Made by a program: the position numbers and the translations under genes
Part shown: positions 19,338 to 28,871 of the stretch, one piece after another
Numbering within the stretch: the stretch's first letter is position 1
Layout: each line of letters opens with the position of its first letter
Notes under the pieces: model-generated
The model's input: only the letters and a program-made list of their open reading frames with translations
Database searches by the model: none
What the model was told of the DNA's origin: nothing
Assembly (NCBI GenBank): GCA_045811665.1
Contig: JBJMTO010000197.1
Coordinates: 6,613-70,612 of the forward strand
DNA from: Bradyrhizobium sp.
GTDB lineage: Bacteria; Pseudomonadota; Alphaproteobacteria; Rhizobiales; Xanthobacteraceae
Length of the DNA: 64,000 bases
Direction: 5' to 3'

Positions 19338-21824
19338 ATGCGCTTGCTGGTGCGGTTCTTGGGTTTCCTGTTTGCCGCGGGAACCGTCCTTTTTCTGGTG
19401 GGCGTCGCCGCCGCGGCCGGGATGATCTGGCATTTCTCGAGGGACTTGCCCGAGTATTCGCAGCTCCAGGATTATGAGCCGCCGGTGATGACCCGGGTCC
19501 ATGCGACCGACGGCGCGCTGCTCGGCGAGTATTCCAAAGAGCGGCGATTGTACCTGCCCATTCAGGCGGTGCCGAAACTGGTCATCAATGCGTTTCTGGC
19601 GGCCGAGGACAAGAACTTCTACGAGCACGGCGGCATCGATTTCTCCGGCATGGCTCGCGCCGCCGTAGTCTACATCCAGAATTACGGCTCCAACCGTAGG
19701 CCGCAAGGCGCGTCCACCATCACCCAGCAGGTCGCAAAGAACTTCCTGCTGACCAATGAGGTGTCGTTCACGCGCAAGATCAAGGAAGCATTGCTCGCGA
19801 TGCGCCTGGAGCGCGCCTACTCCAAAGACAAGATCCTCGAACTCTATCTCAACGAGATCTACCTCGGGCTCGGTGCTTATGGTGTCGCGGCGGCATCGCT
19901 GGTGTATTTCGACAAGTCGGTGAATGAGCTGACGGTGTCCGAGGCTTCTTACCTGGCGGCGCTGCCGAAGGCGCCCGCGGTGCTGCATCCGGTCCGCAAC
20001 CGCGACCGTGCGATTGAGCGCCGCAACTACGTCGTCGATCGTCTTCTGGAAAATGGCTGGATCAAGCAGGCGGACGCCGACAAGGCGCGCAAGGATCCGC
20101 TGAACGTCACCAGCCGCACCAATGCCGCACACATTTTCGCGGGCGAGTATTTTGCAGAGGAAGTTCGCCGCGACATCTTTGAGCGATACGGCGAGAAGAA
20201 GCTGTACGAAGGCGGGCTGTCCGTACGCACCACGCTCGACCCGAAGCTTCAGGTGATGGCGCGCAAGACGATGGCGGCCGGGCTCGTCACTTTCGACGAA
20301 CAGCAGGGCTGGCGCGGCGCAGCAAGCAAAATCGATGTTTCCGGCGACTGGGGAGTCAAGCTCGCGGACGTCAAATCGCTTTCGGACATATCGCCGTGGC
20401 GCTTGGCTGTCGTGTTGGAGACCAGCGATCAGTCCGCGCGGATCGGCTTCCAGCCGGGCCGGGAATTGGGAGGAGCGATCAGCAAGGAACGGCAAACTGG
20501 AATCATCACGCTCGAGGGCGTCAAATGGGCCAAGGCGGCATCGGGACCGACGCGATCGAGGACGCCGACTTCGGTCTCGAATGTGATTTCGCCCGGTGAT
20601 GTGATCTATGCCGATCCCCTGATCAGGGATGGCAATCCACTCGAAGGGCAGTATCGCCTGCGCCAATTGCCGGAAGTTTCCGGCGCAATGGTTGCAATGG
20701 ACCCGTGGACCGGCCGCGTGCTCGCCATGGTCGGCGGGTTCTCGTTCGACCAAAGCCAGTTCAATCGCGCGACGCAGGCCTACCGGCAGCCGGGCTCGTC
20801 CTTCAAGCCGATCGTGTACTCTTCCGCGCTCGATAACGGTTATACGCCCTCCACTGTTGTCGTCGATGCGCCGATAGAAATCGATCAGGGGCAGGGCGCC
20901 GGGGTATGGCGTCCGGAAAACTATTCGTCCGGCAAATATAACGGCCCGGTGACGCTGCGAAACGCGCTGCGGTTGTCGCTGAATACGGTCACCGTGCGAT
21001 TGGCGCAGGACATCGGCATGCCCTTGATCGGCGAGTACGCCAAGCGCTTTGGGGTCTATGACGAACTGCCGAACTATCTGTCGTATGCGCTGGGCGCCGG
21101 CGAGACCACGGTCATGCGGATGGTCACGGCGTATTCGATGTTCGCCAATGGCGGACGGCGCGTGAAGGCCACGTTGATCGACCGCATTCAGGACCGTTAC
21201 GGCCGTACCATATTCAGGCACGACGCTCGCGAGTGTCGCGGCTGTGATGCGGCCGGCGGCTGGAAGAATCAGCCCGAGCCCCAGCTCATCGATCGCCGCG
21301 AGCAGGTGCTCGATTCAATGACGGCCTATCAGATCACCTCGATGATGGAAGGCGTGGTGCAGGCCGGCACGGCGACGGTGGTGAAGGAGGTCGGCAAGCC
21401 GATCGCAGGAAAGACCGGCACGACCAACGACGAAAAGGATGCATGGTTCATCGGCTTCTCGCCGGACATCGTGGTCGGCATCTACATGGGTTATGACAAG
21501 CCTCGCAATCTTGGCAAAGGTGCAACCGGCGGTCATTTGGCGGCGCCGATTGCACGCGACTTCCTCAAGCTCGCGCTCGCGGACAAGCCTGCGATCCCGT
21601 TCCGGGTCCCGGCTGGAATCAAGCTGATCCGCGTCGAGGCAAAAAGCGGCATGCGGGTCGGCCCCGGCGAGGGCGGCAGGACCATTCTGGAAGCTTTCAA
21701 GCCGGGCACTGCTCCGCCAGATAATTACTCCGTGATCGGTGTTGCCGATGCCGATGGGCGTTCCATGATGGCCCCGCCCGACGCAGGCTACATTATACGC
21801 CCCGGCACCGGCGGACTGTATTAA
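19338..21824 (+). CDS. mrcA: Penicillin-binding protein 1A
   Basis: EDKNFYEH and GASTITQQ transglycosylase motifs; SSFK, SLN and KTG transpeptidase motifs. Confidence 0.95.
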   Translation: MRLLVRFLGFLFAAGTVLFLVGVAAAAGMIWHFSRDLPEYSQLQDYEPPVMTRVHATDGALLGEYSKERRLYLPIQAVPKLVINAFLAAEDKNFYEHGGIDFSGMARAAVVYIQNYGSNRRPQGASTITQQVAKNFLLTNEVSFTRKIKEALLAMRLERAYSKDKILELYLNEIYLGLGAYGVAAASLVYFDKSVNELTVSEASYLAALPKAPAVLHPVRNRDRAIERRNYVVDRLLENGWIKQADADKARKDPLNVTSRTNAAHIFAGEYFAEEVRRDIFERYGEKKLYEGGLSVRTTLDPKLQVMARKTMAAGLVTFDEQQGWRGAASKIDVSGDWGVKLADVKSLSDISPWRLAVVLETSDQSARIGFQPGRELGGAISKERQTGIITLEGVKWAKAASGPTRSRTPTSVSNVISPGDVIYADPLIRDGNPLEGQYRLRQLPEVSGAMVAMDPWTGRVLAMVGGFSFDQSQFNRATQAYRQPGSSFKPIVYSSALDNGYTPSTVVVDAPIEIDQGQGAGVWRPENYSSGKYNGPVTLRNALRLSLNTVTVRLAQDIGMPLIGEYAKRFGVYDELPNYLSYALGAGETTVMRMVTAYSMFANGGRRVKATLIDRIQDRYGRTIFRHDARECRGCDAAGGWKNQPEPQLIDRREQVLDSMTAYQITSMMEGVVQAGTATVVKEVGKPIAGKTGTTNDEKDAWFIGFSPDIVVGIYMGYDKPRNLGKGATGGHLAAPIARDFLKLALADKPAIPFRVPAGIKLIRVEAKSGMRVGPGEGGRTILEAFKPGTAPPDNYSVIGVADADGRSMMAPPDAGYIIRPGTGGLY

Positions 21825-21888
21825 GGGCTTTTCAAACACATTAGACTCGGTTCGCGTGCGGAACGCGCCAACGAATGCGCTATGCCGA

Positions 21889-21917
21889 TTGCACTTCGCG
21901 GTGCTCACCGCTACATC
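21889..21917 (+). promoter_or_regulatory. Putative sigma70 promoter of prfB
   Basis: TTGCAC-N17-TACATC about 80 nt upstream of the prfB ATG. Confidence 0.45.
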
Positions 21918-21997
21918 CTCGCTGCCATCCGGTTTCATCAAGTAGAGAAACCAGCAAAGAAACGAAAAGCGGCGATGCGCCGCAGATCAGAGATCCC

Positions 21998-23129
21998 ATG
22001 CGCGCCGAGGTCGAACGATTAGTTGAAGAGATCAAGCAGTCAGTCGGGCTGCTGAGGAGGCATCTTTGACGTCGAAGCATCCACTGCGCGCCTCGCGGAG
22101 CTGAACAAGCTCGCCGAACATCCTGATCTCTGGAACGATCCCCAGAAAGCCCAGAAGCTGATGCAGGAGCGGACCTCGCTGGAGGATTCGCTTGCCGGCA
22201 TCGGCAAGGTCGAGCGCGAACTCGACGACCATGTGGGCATGATCGAACTCGGCGAGGCCGAGAACGATGAGGCCGTGGTCGCCGAGGCGGAAACCGCCCT
22301 GAAGAACCTGAAAAAAGAAGTCGCCCGGCGCGAACTGGAGGCACTGCTCTCCGGGGAAGCCGACCGGTTCGACTCCTATCTGGAGGTCCATGCCGGTGCG
22401 GGCGGTACCGAAAGCCAGGACTGGGCCGCGATGCTATTGCGCATGTACACGCGGTGGGCGGAGAAGCACGGCTTCAAGATCGAATATCTGGAAGAGACGC
22501 AAGGCGAAGAAGCCGGCATCAAATCGGCCACCATTCAAATCAGCGGCCACAACGCCTACGGCTGGCTCAAGACCGAAGGCGGTGTGCACCGGCTGGTGCG
22601 GATATCGCCGTTCGACTCGAACGCGCGCCGGCATACTTCCTTTTCCAGCGTCGCGGTATTTCCGGTCGTCGACGACAGCATCAAGATCGACATCAAGGAA
22701 TCCGATGTGCGCACCGATACGATGCGCTCAGGCGGAGCAGGCGGTCAGCACGTCAACAAGACCGAATCCGCGGTAAGACTAACGCACATTCCAACCGGGG
22801 TCGCCGTGGTTTGCCAGGCAGGACGCTCGCAGCACAAGAATAGAGCCCAGGCATGGGACATGCTGCGCGCTCGCCTGTACGAAATCGAGCTCAAGAAGCG
22901 CGAGGAGCAGGCAGCCGCCGATCAGGCCGCCAAGACCGATATCGGGTGGGGCCATCAGATCCGCTCGTACGTCCTGCAGCCCTACCAGATGGTCAAGGAC
23001 TTGCGCACCGGCGTGCAGACATCGGATACCGCCGGCGTGCTCGACGGAGACCTCGACGAATTCATGGCCGCGACGTTGGCGCAGCGCGCTTTCGGCACCA
23101 CGCCCGGAGCGGTTGAGGATGTGGATTGA
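21998..23129 (+). CDS. prfB: Peptide chain release factor 2 with programmed +1 frameshift
   Basis: ORF1 MRAEVE...LLRRHL ends at CTT-TGA-C (22064-22070), preceded by an internal SD GAGGAGG; the +1 frame carries SPF and GGQ motifs. Confidence 0.97.
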
Positions 23130-23132
23130 TCC

Positions 23133-24005
23133 ATGAGGAAAGTGGCGTTCATTGGCTTGGGGCGAATGGGGCACGGCATGGCCGGCCGCTATCTCGAAGC
23201 CGGTTATGCAGTCGCGGTTTGGAACCGCAGCAAGTCGAAGGCCGAAGATCTGATCGCGCGCGGTGCGCGCTGGGCGTCTTCGCCGGCGGACGCGGCCGAG
23301 GGCGCGGACGCGATCGTGACGATGGTGGCGGATGACGAGGCGTCCCGTGCGGTTTGGATTGGGCAGGATGGCGCGGCCACGCGCGCCAAAGCCGGAGCGT
23401 TCGCAATCGAATGCTCCACGATCTCCTATAATCATGCGCTCGATCTTGCACGCGAGCTTCGCGGACGCGGTCTCATCTATATCGATTGTCCGGTAACCGG
23501 ACTGCCGGACGCGGCGGCGAGCGGAAAATTGACGCTGTTGGTCGGCGCGGAGCCGGCCGACCTCGAATCCGCGAGGCCCTTTCTCGAACCGCTCTCCACC
23601 ACTATCCGGCATTTCGGCGCGGTTGGCAGCGGCACCGTGTACAAGCTGATCAATAATCTGATGGGCGCGATCCAGATCGCCGGGATTGCCGAGGGTCTCG
23701 CGATTGCGGAGCAGGCCGGGCTGGACATGAACCTGGTGCTCGACGCCGTTGAAAGCGGTGTCGCTGCAAGCCCGCAGGTGATCCGTCATTCGCGGCGGAT
23801 GGCGGCGCGCAATTTTTCCGGCGCAACGTTCACCGCAGCGCTTCGCCACAAGGACGCCGCCTATGCCGTAGCGCTCGCTGAAAGCCTTCTCTCCGATGCA
23901 CCCTTGATGGGACGCGCCGCAGTGCAGGCGTATAGCCGCGCGAAAGCTTACGCGGCCGACGATGACGAAGGAAAGATGATCGAGATCGTCTCGCGACCGA
24001 AATAG
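23133..24005 (+). CDS. NAD(P)-dependent oxidoreductase, 3-hydroxyisobutyrate dehydrogenase family
   Basis: FIGLGRMG, DCPVTG and KLINN motifs. Confidence 0.9.
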   Translation: MRKVAFIGLGRMGHGMAGRYLEAGYAVAVWNRSKSKAEDLIARGARWASSPADAAEGADAIVTMVADDEASRAVWIGQDGAATRAKAGAFAIECSTISYNHALDLARELRGRGLIYIDCPVTGLPDAAASGKLTLLVGAEPADLESARPFLEPLSTTIRHFGAVGSGTVYKLINNLMGAIQIAGIAEGLAIAEQAGLDMNLVLDAVESGVAASPQVIRHSRRMAARNFSGATFTAALRHKDAAYAVALAESLLSDAPLMGRAAVQAYSRAKAYAADDDEGKMIEIVSRPK

Positions 24006-24090
24006 CCGGGCCGTTTTGCGTAGCGGGAATCGGGTGGAAAAAGCCGCGTTGCCGGGCTAAGCGAATGTCTGACGCCGAATGTGAGACGCA

Positions 24091-25002
24091 ATGGCCGCGG
24101 ACGATGGTCGGATTGACACCCGTGATTGGTGGCTGCTCGGGCTGCTCTCATTGCTTTGGGGTGGCTCGTTCTTCTTGAACGCCGTGGTTCTGAAGGAGCT
24201 GCCGCCGCTGACGGTGGTGTTCCTCCGGGTGGCAATTGCCGCGTTGTTGTTGCTACCGCTGCTGTGGATCTACCGAATTCGATTTCCGAAAAGCGTGTCG
24301 GCGTGGAAACCGTTCCTGGCGATGGGGCTGCTCAACAACGTGCTGCCGTTTTCCCTGGTGTTGTCAGGACAAACCTACATCCCGAGCGGGTTGGCCTCGA
24401 TCCTGAACGCCACCACTCCCTTGTTCACCGTCGTCGTGATGGCCGTGGCCGGCGAGGAACGAGCGCAGGCGCGGCGGATCGCGGGCGTTATTGCGGGATT
24501 GATCGGCGTCATGATCCTGCATGGTGCAAGCGTTGACTTTGCGACCGCTCAAGGCATCGGCATCCTGTTCTGTCTGGCAGCCGCCTTCAGTTACGCTTTG
24601 TCGGCGCTGCTGGCGCGCCGTCTGTTGTCCAACTCGCCACCGCTTGCGACCGCGACCTTTCAGATGCTGGCTTCGACCGCGGTGGTATCGATCGTCGCCG
24701 CTGTCGTTGAGCGGCCATGGCAGCTGCCGATGCCAGGCCCAGCAACGTGGTTGGCCGTTTTCGGACTGGCGGCGCTGTCGACGGCGCTCGCCTACATCGT
24801 TTTTTTCCAGGTGCTGCGTCGCTCCGGAGCAACCAACGTAATGTTGGTTACGCTGCTGATTCCAGTGACCGCGATACTGCTCGGATATCTGTTGCTGGGT
24901 GAACAGATTACAGCGCGTGAGATCGTCGGGGCCATCGTCATAGGCAGCGCGCTGCTGTTGATCGATGGGCGCGCCATCATATGGTTTCGACGGCTAGCTT
25001 GA
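24091..25002 (+). CDS. DMT/EamA-family transporter
   Basis: About 10 TM segments; LLWGGSF and NATTPLFT motifs. Confidence 0.9.
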   Translation: MAADDGRIDTRDWWLLGLLSLLWGGSFFLNAVVLKELPPLTVVFLRVAIAALLLLPLLWIYRIRFPKSVSAWKPFLAMGLLNNVLPFSLVLSGQTYIPSGLASILNATTPLFTVVVMAVAGEERAQARRIAGVIAGLIGVMILHGASVDFATAQGIGILFCLAAAFSYALSALLARRLLSNSPPLATATFQMLASTAVVSIVAAVVERPWQLPMPGPATWLAVFGLAALSTALAYIVFFQVLRRSGATNVMLVTLLIPVTAILLGYLLLGEQITAREIVGAIVIGSALLLIDGRAIIWFRRLA

Positions 25003-27150
25003 GCGGATGCCGGATATCCATTGCGCCAGCCAGCCGGCAAACCGGCCGCTGTCGCGTTCCCCGCCGTGCCATGCGGCGTAAACAGCGCCGTCGCTTGCGA
25101 TCAGCAACACCACATCCATGCCTTTGGAACGCCGTAACGTATCGATCGCCTGACCAGCGGTCTGGGCAATAGGACCCGCGACGTTAAAGGAGGTGTTGAC
25201 GGATATCTCGACGCCGATCCGGCGCCCGAGCGCCTTCAGGTAGGCGTAAGTGAGCGGATCGTCTTTTTCCCGGACGATCTGAATCCGACCGGTGCCGTCG
25301 GCGTGGATGACCGCGGGAATTTTTGCACGGGCGGCGGGTTTCGATTGCGCGGTCAGAACCATGTAATTGTAGGCGTTGTAATCGGCATCGGAGGCTCCCT
25401 CCAGCAGATCGAAGTATTGTTTTGCCGCTTCCAGGGTCGCCATCGGGGCCAACGGGCGGATTGCTTCACGATACTTCACGCGCTCGTTGAGAAGCTCGCG
25501 TGCCTTGGGGTCGCAAGGGTTGGCGAGGATTGAGCGGTGACCCAGGGCGCGAGGGCCGGTCTCCGCCGCGCCTTGGTACAGCGCGACGACTCCGTTTTGC
25601 GCCACGATGAACGCCATCAGATCGGCGATGGACTCGCGGCCCTCGGCGCTCGCGATGTCCCCAATCCGCTGCGAAGCGATGTCCTCTGCGTCAATCGCAA
25701 GTTCGATCTCGGCAGGCGTTGCCGGCAAACCGCAATAGAACGCGTGCGTCATGGGAGCCCCCCGGGGCGAACCTGAAAGATGCGCAAACAGCCAGGCCGC
25801 CCCGATCGTGACGCCCGGGTCACCTGGCGTCGGCGGCACCCATAGATGCAGGCGCGCCTTGCGTCGTTGCGAGCGTGCAAACCAGGCATCGTCAAAACGC
25901 TCCAGCAGCCGCATGTTCGCGATTGCGTTCAACGCCACGCCACCCGTAAGCACCAGCCGGTTCGCGCCGCTACTGCGCAAGAGATGATCGACGATGTGCA
26001 CCAGCGCATCCTCGAACACCAGTTGAGTTGCGGCGGCCTTGTCGAGACGATCTTTGGTGTCCGCGCGGTGGTTGATGTCCTCGACCCGAAGAACCGCATC
26101 GGGATTCCACAGTTGCGCCGGCCTCAGCGGCTCGCCCAGTATTTCAATCAATGCCGCCTTGTAGGGCCGGTCGAACGGATCGCAGTACCAGTTGGCAAGA
26201 GTCCGGTTGATCCTGACTTCGCCATTGCCGCCGAAATGCAAAATCTCCTTCAGGCGTCCGTAATACGGATTGGTGCGGCGGTTCATGTCGCCCCAAGCCG
26301 CCGCGCCCATGTAGCGGCCTTCGCTCGATAACCAGGTCCAGCCTCCCTGGGTGGAAGAAATCACGCTGTAGAAAGCGCCTAACGAGTCGAACATGCTCTC
26401 GTTGCAGTACAGCCGCCGCATCGCTCCATGCTCAACGACGTAGAGCGAAATCGATCCCAGATCGCCCGTACCATCGAGCACCGCGACCGCGACCGGTTCA
26501 TCATTGTCCGCAAAGGGGGAGGCGGCAAAGGAAAACCACGCATGATTGTCATGGTGCGGCATGCAGATCAGCGGCACCGGCTCCGACAGGCCGAGTTGTC
26601 GTGCCAGAATCTTCGGGACGCGAGTCATCTGATCGAGCCGTCGAGCTTCAAAACCGGCCGCTTGGGTGGTGCGGAGCAGCTTCAAGCTTTGCGGCAGTTC
26701 CTCCAGCACCGAGCGCGCCAGGGTTCCGGCCAATGTCGGATAATCCCAGCTTGTCAGCCAGGCGCTGATGTCCTCGAGGTCGCCACCGATACTCCGCAGG
26801 GTCTTGATCATGGCGTCGATGGAAGCGCGCGGATATTCCGTGGTGTGTTTGTTGCCGGAAAAGCGCTCTTCCTCGTTGTTGACGATCAGGCGCGGACCGT
26901 TGGTCGCGGACACCTCAACCAGCGCCGCGCCCGAATTGTGCGTACCGGGAAGGCCGAGCCCCGCGAGATACACTGTCTCGCCACGCGCAAGCTTGTCGCG
27001 CGTAGCCGCGATCCGCGCGTTGGCAAAGTCGGACCCGAGCTGATGGAAGCCTAGAGGGGACATCAATCGAGACGCAAGCCATCGCGCGGCCCGGAAACCA
27101 GCTTCGCCCAGCTTGGGAAATCGCGCACCAATTCGTTTATTCGGTTCCAA
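24994..27150 (-). CDS. Carbamoyltransferase, NodU/CmcH/TobZ family
   Basis: EEERF, HHDNHA, DGTGD, GGVALN, GPRALGHRS and NTSFN motifs; start uncertain. Confidence 0.9.
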   Translation of the reverse strand: MEPNKRIGARFPKLGEAGFRAARWLASRLMSPLGFHQLGSDFANARIAATRDKLARGETVYLAGLGLPGTHNSGAALVEVSATNGPRLIVNNEEERFSGNKHTTEYPRASIDAMIKTLRSIGGDLEDISAWLTSWDYPTLAGTLARSVLEELPQSLKLLRTTQAAGFEARRLDQMTRVPKILARQLGLSEPVPLICMPHHDNHAWFSFAASPFADNDEPVAVAVLDGTGDLGSISLYVVEHGAMRRLYCNESMFDSLGAFYSVISSTQGGWTWLSSEGRYMGAAAWGDMNRRTNPYYGRLKEILHFGGNGEVRINRTLANWYCDPFDRPYKAALIEILGEPLRPAQLWNPDAVLRVEDINHRADTKDRLDKAAATQLVFEDALVHIVDHLLRSSGANRLVLTGGVALNAIANMRLLERFDDAWFARSQRRKARLHLWVPPTPGDPGVTIGAAWLFAHLSGSPRGAPMTHAFYCGLPATPAEIELAIDAEDIASQRIGDIASAEGRESIADLMAFIVAQNGVVALYQGAAETGPRALGHRSILANPCDPKARELLNERVKYREAIRPLAPMATLEAAKQYFDLLEGASDADYNAYNYMVLTAQSKPAARAKIPAVIHADGTGRIQIVREKDDPLTYAYLKALGRRIGVEISVNTSFNVAGPIAQTAGQAIDTLRRSKGMDVVLLIASDGAVYAAWHGGERDSGRFAGWLAQWISGIRSS

Positions 27151-27410
27151 GCGGGTCGGCCTTGCGAGTGGCAGTTTATCGCAGCTTCAACCATAGTTGA
27201 CGGCGAGCAACAATGCTGTTTCGCGGCGAGTGCCGATGCTTGCATCGGCGTGCACGTCTTGCGACACTTGCCCAAAGCAAAAATACTCAGGAGGCGATGA
27301 CGATGCCGACACTGACAAGGGCTGTTCGGTGATGTCATTACAGGTGAGGTCGGCCACTAGCGCGTATGCCCGACGTGAAACCCGGAGGGTGAAGCGAGCG
27401 TGAGCGCTAA

Positions 27411-28775
27411 TCAACCCGCGCTCAGTCGGACGCCTGCGCGCAGAAACTTTTGCGGATCGACAGCTTCGCCGTCGATCCTGGTTTCGTAGTGAAGATGGGG
27501 ACCGGTCGATCGGCCCGTTGAGCCGACTTCTCCGATCACCTGTCCGATTTTGATCTGATCGCCTACCTTTACGTTGATCTCGGACAGATGGCCGTACCGG
27601 GTGGATAGGCCGTTGCCATGGTCGATCTCGACCATGCGGCCATAGCCACCCGCTGATCCGGAGGACACGACTTTACCGTTCGCGGTAGCACGCACGGGGT
27701 CGCCGGTCGCGGCGCGGAAGTCGAGCCCGGTGTGCATTGCTGGGCGGCCGAGGAATGGGTCGCTGCGGACGCCGAACCCGCTGGTGAACTCGACTTCGCC
27801 GACGACGGGCTTGCGGTATGGCACAAGGGAAAGCGTGCGGCTCAGCCGTTCAACCTGGCCGCGGGTGATATTGATCCGGTAAAGCTGGCGCTCGAAGGCA
27901 CCCGCATCGGAAGAAAGCTTCAGTGGAACGAACGGACCGCCTATGCCGGGGCGGGGCGTCGTGGGCTCCAATTGCGCCATGTCGAGCCCAAGATCGCTGA
28001 AGACGCCACGCATCCGCCTGACGCGCGCCTCCATGCTGTCTTCGACCGCATTGAGCGCCGCCATCTGACGGCTTTCAATCTTATCGAGCGAGGTCTGCAG
28101 GCGGACGAGTACGTTATCGACACCCTGGATTTTGGCAGATTGGTGGGTTCGCGCAGCGGCTGTGACAGGCGCTCGCGATTCCAGCCGCGCCTCGCGATCC
28201 GGCGGCGCGACGAAGATCACCGTATCGCTGATCGGTGACGGTTTGGTCGCCGGGCCGCTAGAAGCAGGCTCGTTTGCGGCGGCGCCCCGCGGCCTGATCG
28301 ATCCAGTCACGGAAGAATCCGGGATGCTGCCAAGCGCCGTGGCACGCGACTCCAGCGCCGCCTGGCGCCGGGAGATCTGCTCGAGTTTTTGGTCGAATTG
28401 TTCCTGGTCCAGCAATTGACGGCTGGTGGTGCGATCTATCTTGGCGCGCAGTTCCGCGATGCGGTCCTCATACGCGTATTGCATGTCGGTTTGGCGAGCG
28501 ATCAGCCGTGTCAGGACATCGTCGCGAAACGCGAAGTAGGTCGCAGTGGCCGCCGACCACATGCCGAGCAGTACGACCGTGCCGACAACGATCCAGAATA
28601 CCACCGGGCCAAAACGGACCTGTTTGCCGGCGTGTACCAGCGTGTACCCGTCCTCCTCCCGCGGCGAGGACTTGGCATGCTTTGGCTGCGCGCGGCGGGC
28701 GGATGGCCTGCCGTGCTCATGAGGATGGTGCTGGGGGTTCTCGGAATGGTGACCGGAACGAAACGACATCGGCAC
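27411..28775 (-). CDS. M23-family endopeptidase with TM anchor and coiled coil
   Basis: HTGLD, YGH and STGPHLHYE LytM motifs. Confidence 0.92.
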   Translation of the reverse strand: MPMSFRSGHHSENPQHHPHEHGRPSARRAQPKHAKSSPREEDGYTLVHAGKQVRFGPVVFWIVVGTVVLLGMWSAATATYFAFRDDVLTRLIARQTDMQYAYEDRIAELRAKIDRTTSRQLLDQEQFDQKLEQISRRQAALESRATALGSIPDSSVTGSIRPRGAAANEPASSGPATKPSPISDTVIFVAPPDREARLESRAPVTAAARTHQSAKIQGVDNVLVRLQTSLDKIESRQMAALNAVEDSMEARVRRMRGVFSDLGLDMAQLEPTTPRPGIGGPFVPLKLSSDAGAFERQLYRINITRGQVERLSRTLSLVPYRKPVVGEVEFTSGFGVRSDPFLGRPAMHTGLDFRAATGDPVRATANGKVVSSGSAGGYGRMVEIDHGNGLSTRYGHLSEINVKVGDQIKIGQVIGEVGSTGRSTGPHLHYETRIDGEAVDPQKFLRAGVRLSAG

Positions 28776-28838
28776 TCCCGCGCCGTTCGGAGGGGAGTTC
28801 CGCCACGGCTAAATTCGCGCCGGTGATTTGACCTTCTC

Positions 28839-28846
28839 ATGGTTAA
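28839..28846 (-). promoter_or_regulatory. CtrA-associated TTAACCAT motif upstream of the M23 gene
   Basis: Exact TTAACCAT on the minus strand, about 65 nt upstream of the start. Confidence 0.5.
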
Positions 28847-28871
28847 TTTTTGGAGAACGGAGCAGCTCAAA

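Noticed and set aside
19305-21221. 638-aa antisense ORF in mrcA, and similar long shadow ORFs (e.g. 14662-16050, 30304-31833, 45220-46305)
   Set aside because: They lie opposite well-supported genes, lack motifs, and are expected from high-GC codon bias.
21998-22069. prfB as a split pseudogene
   Set aside because: The canonical programmed frameshift signal is present.
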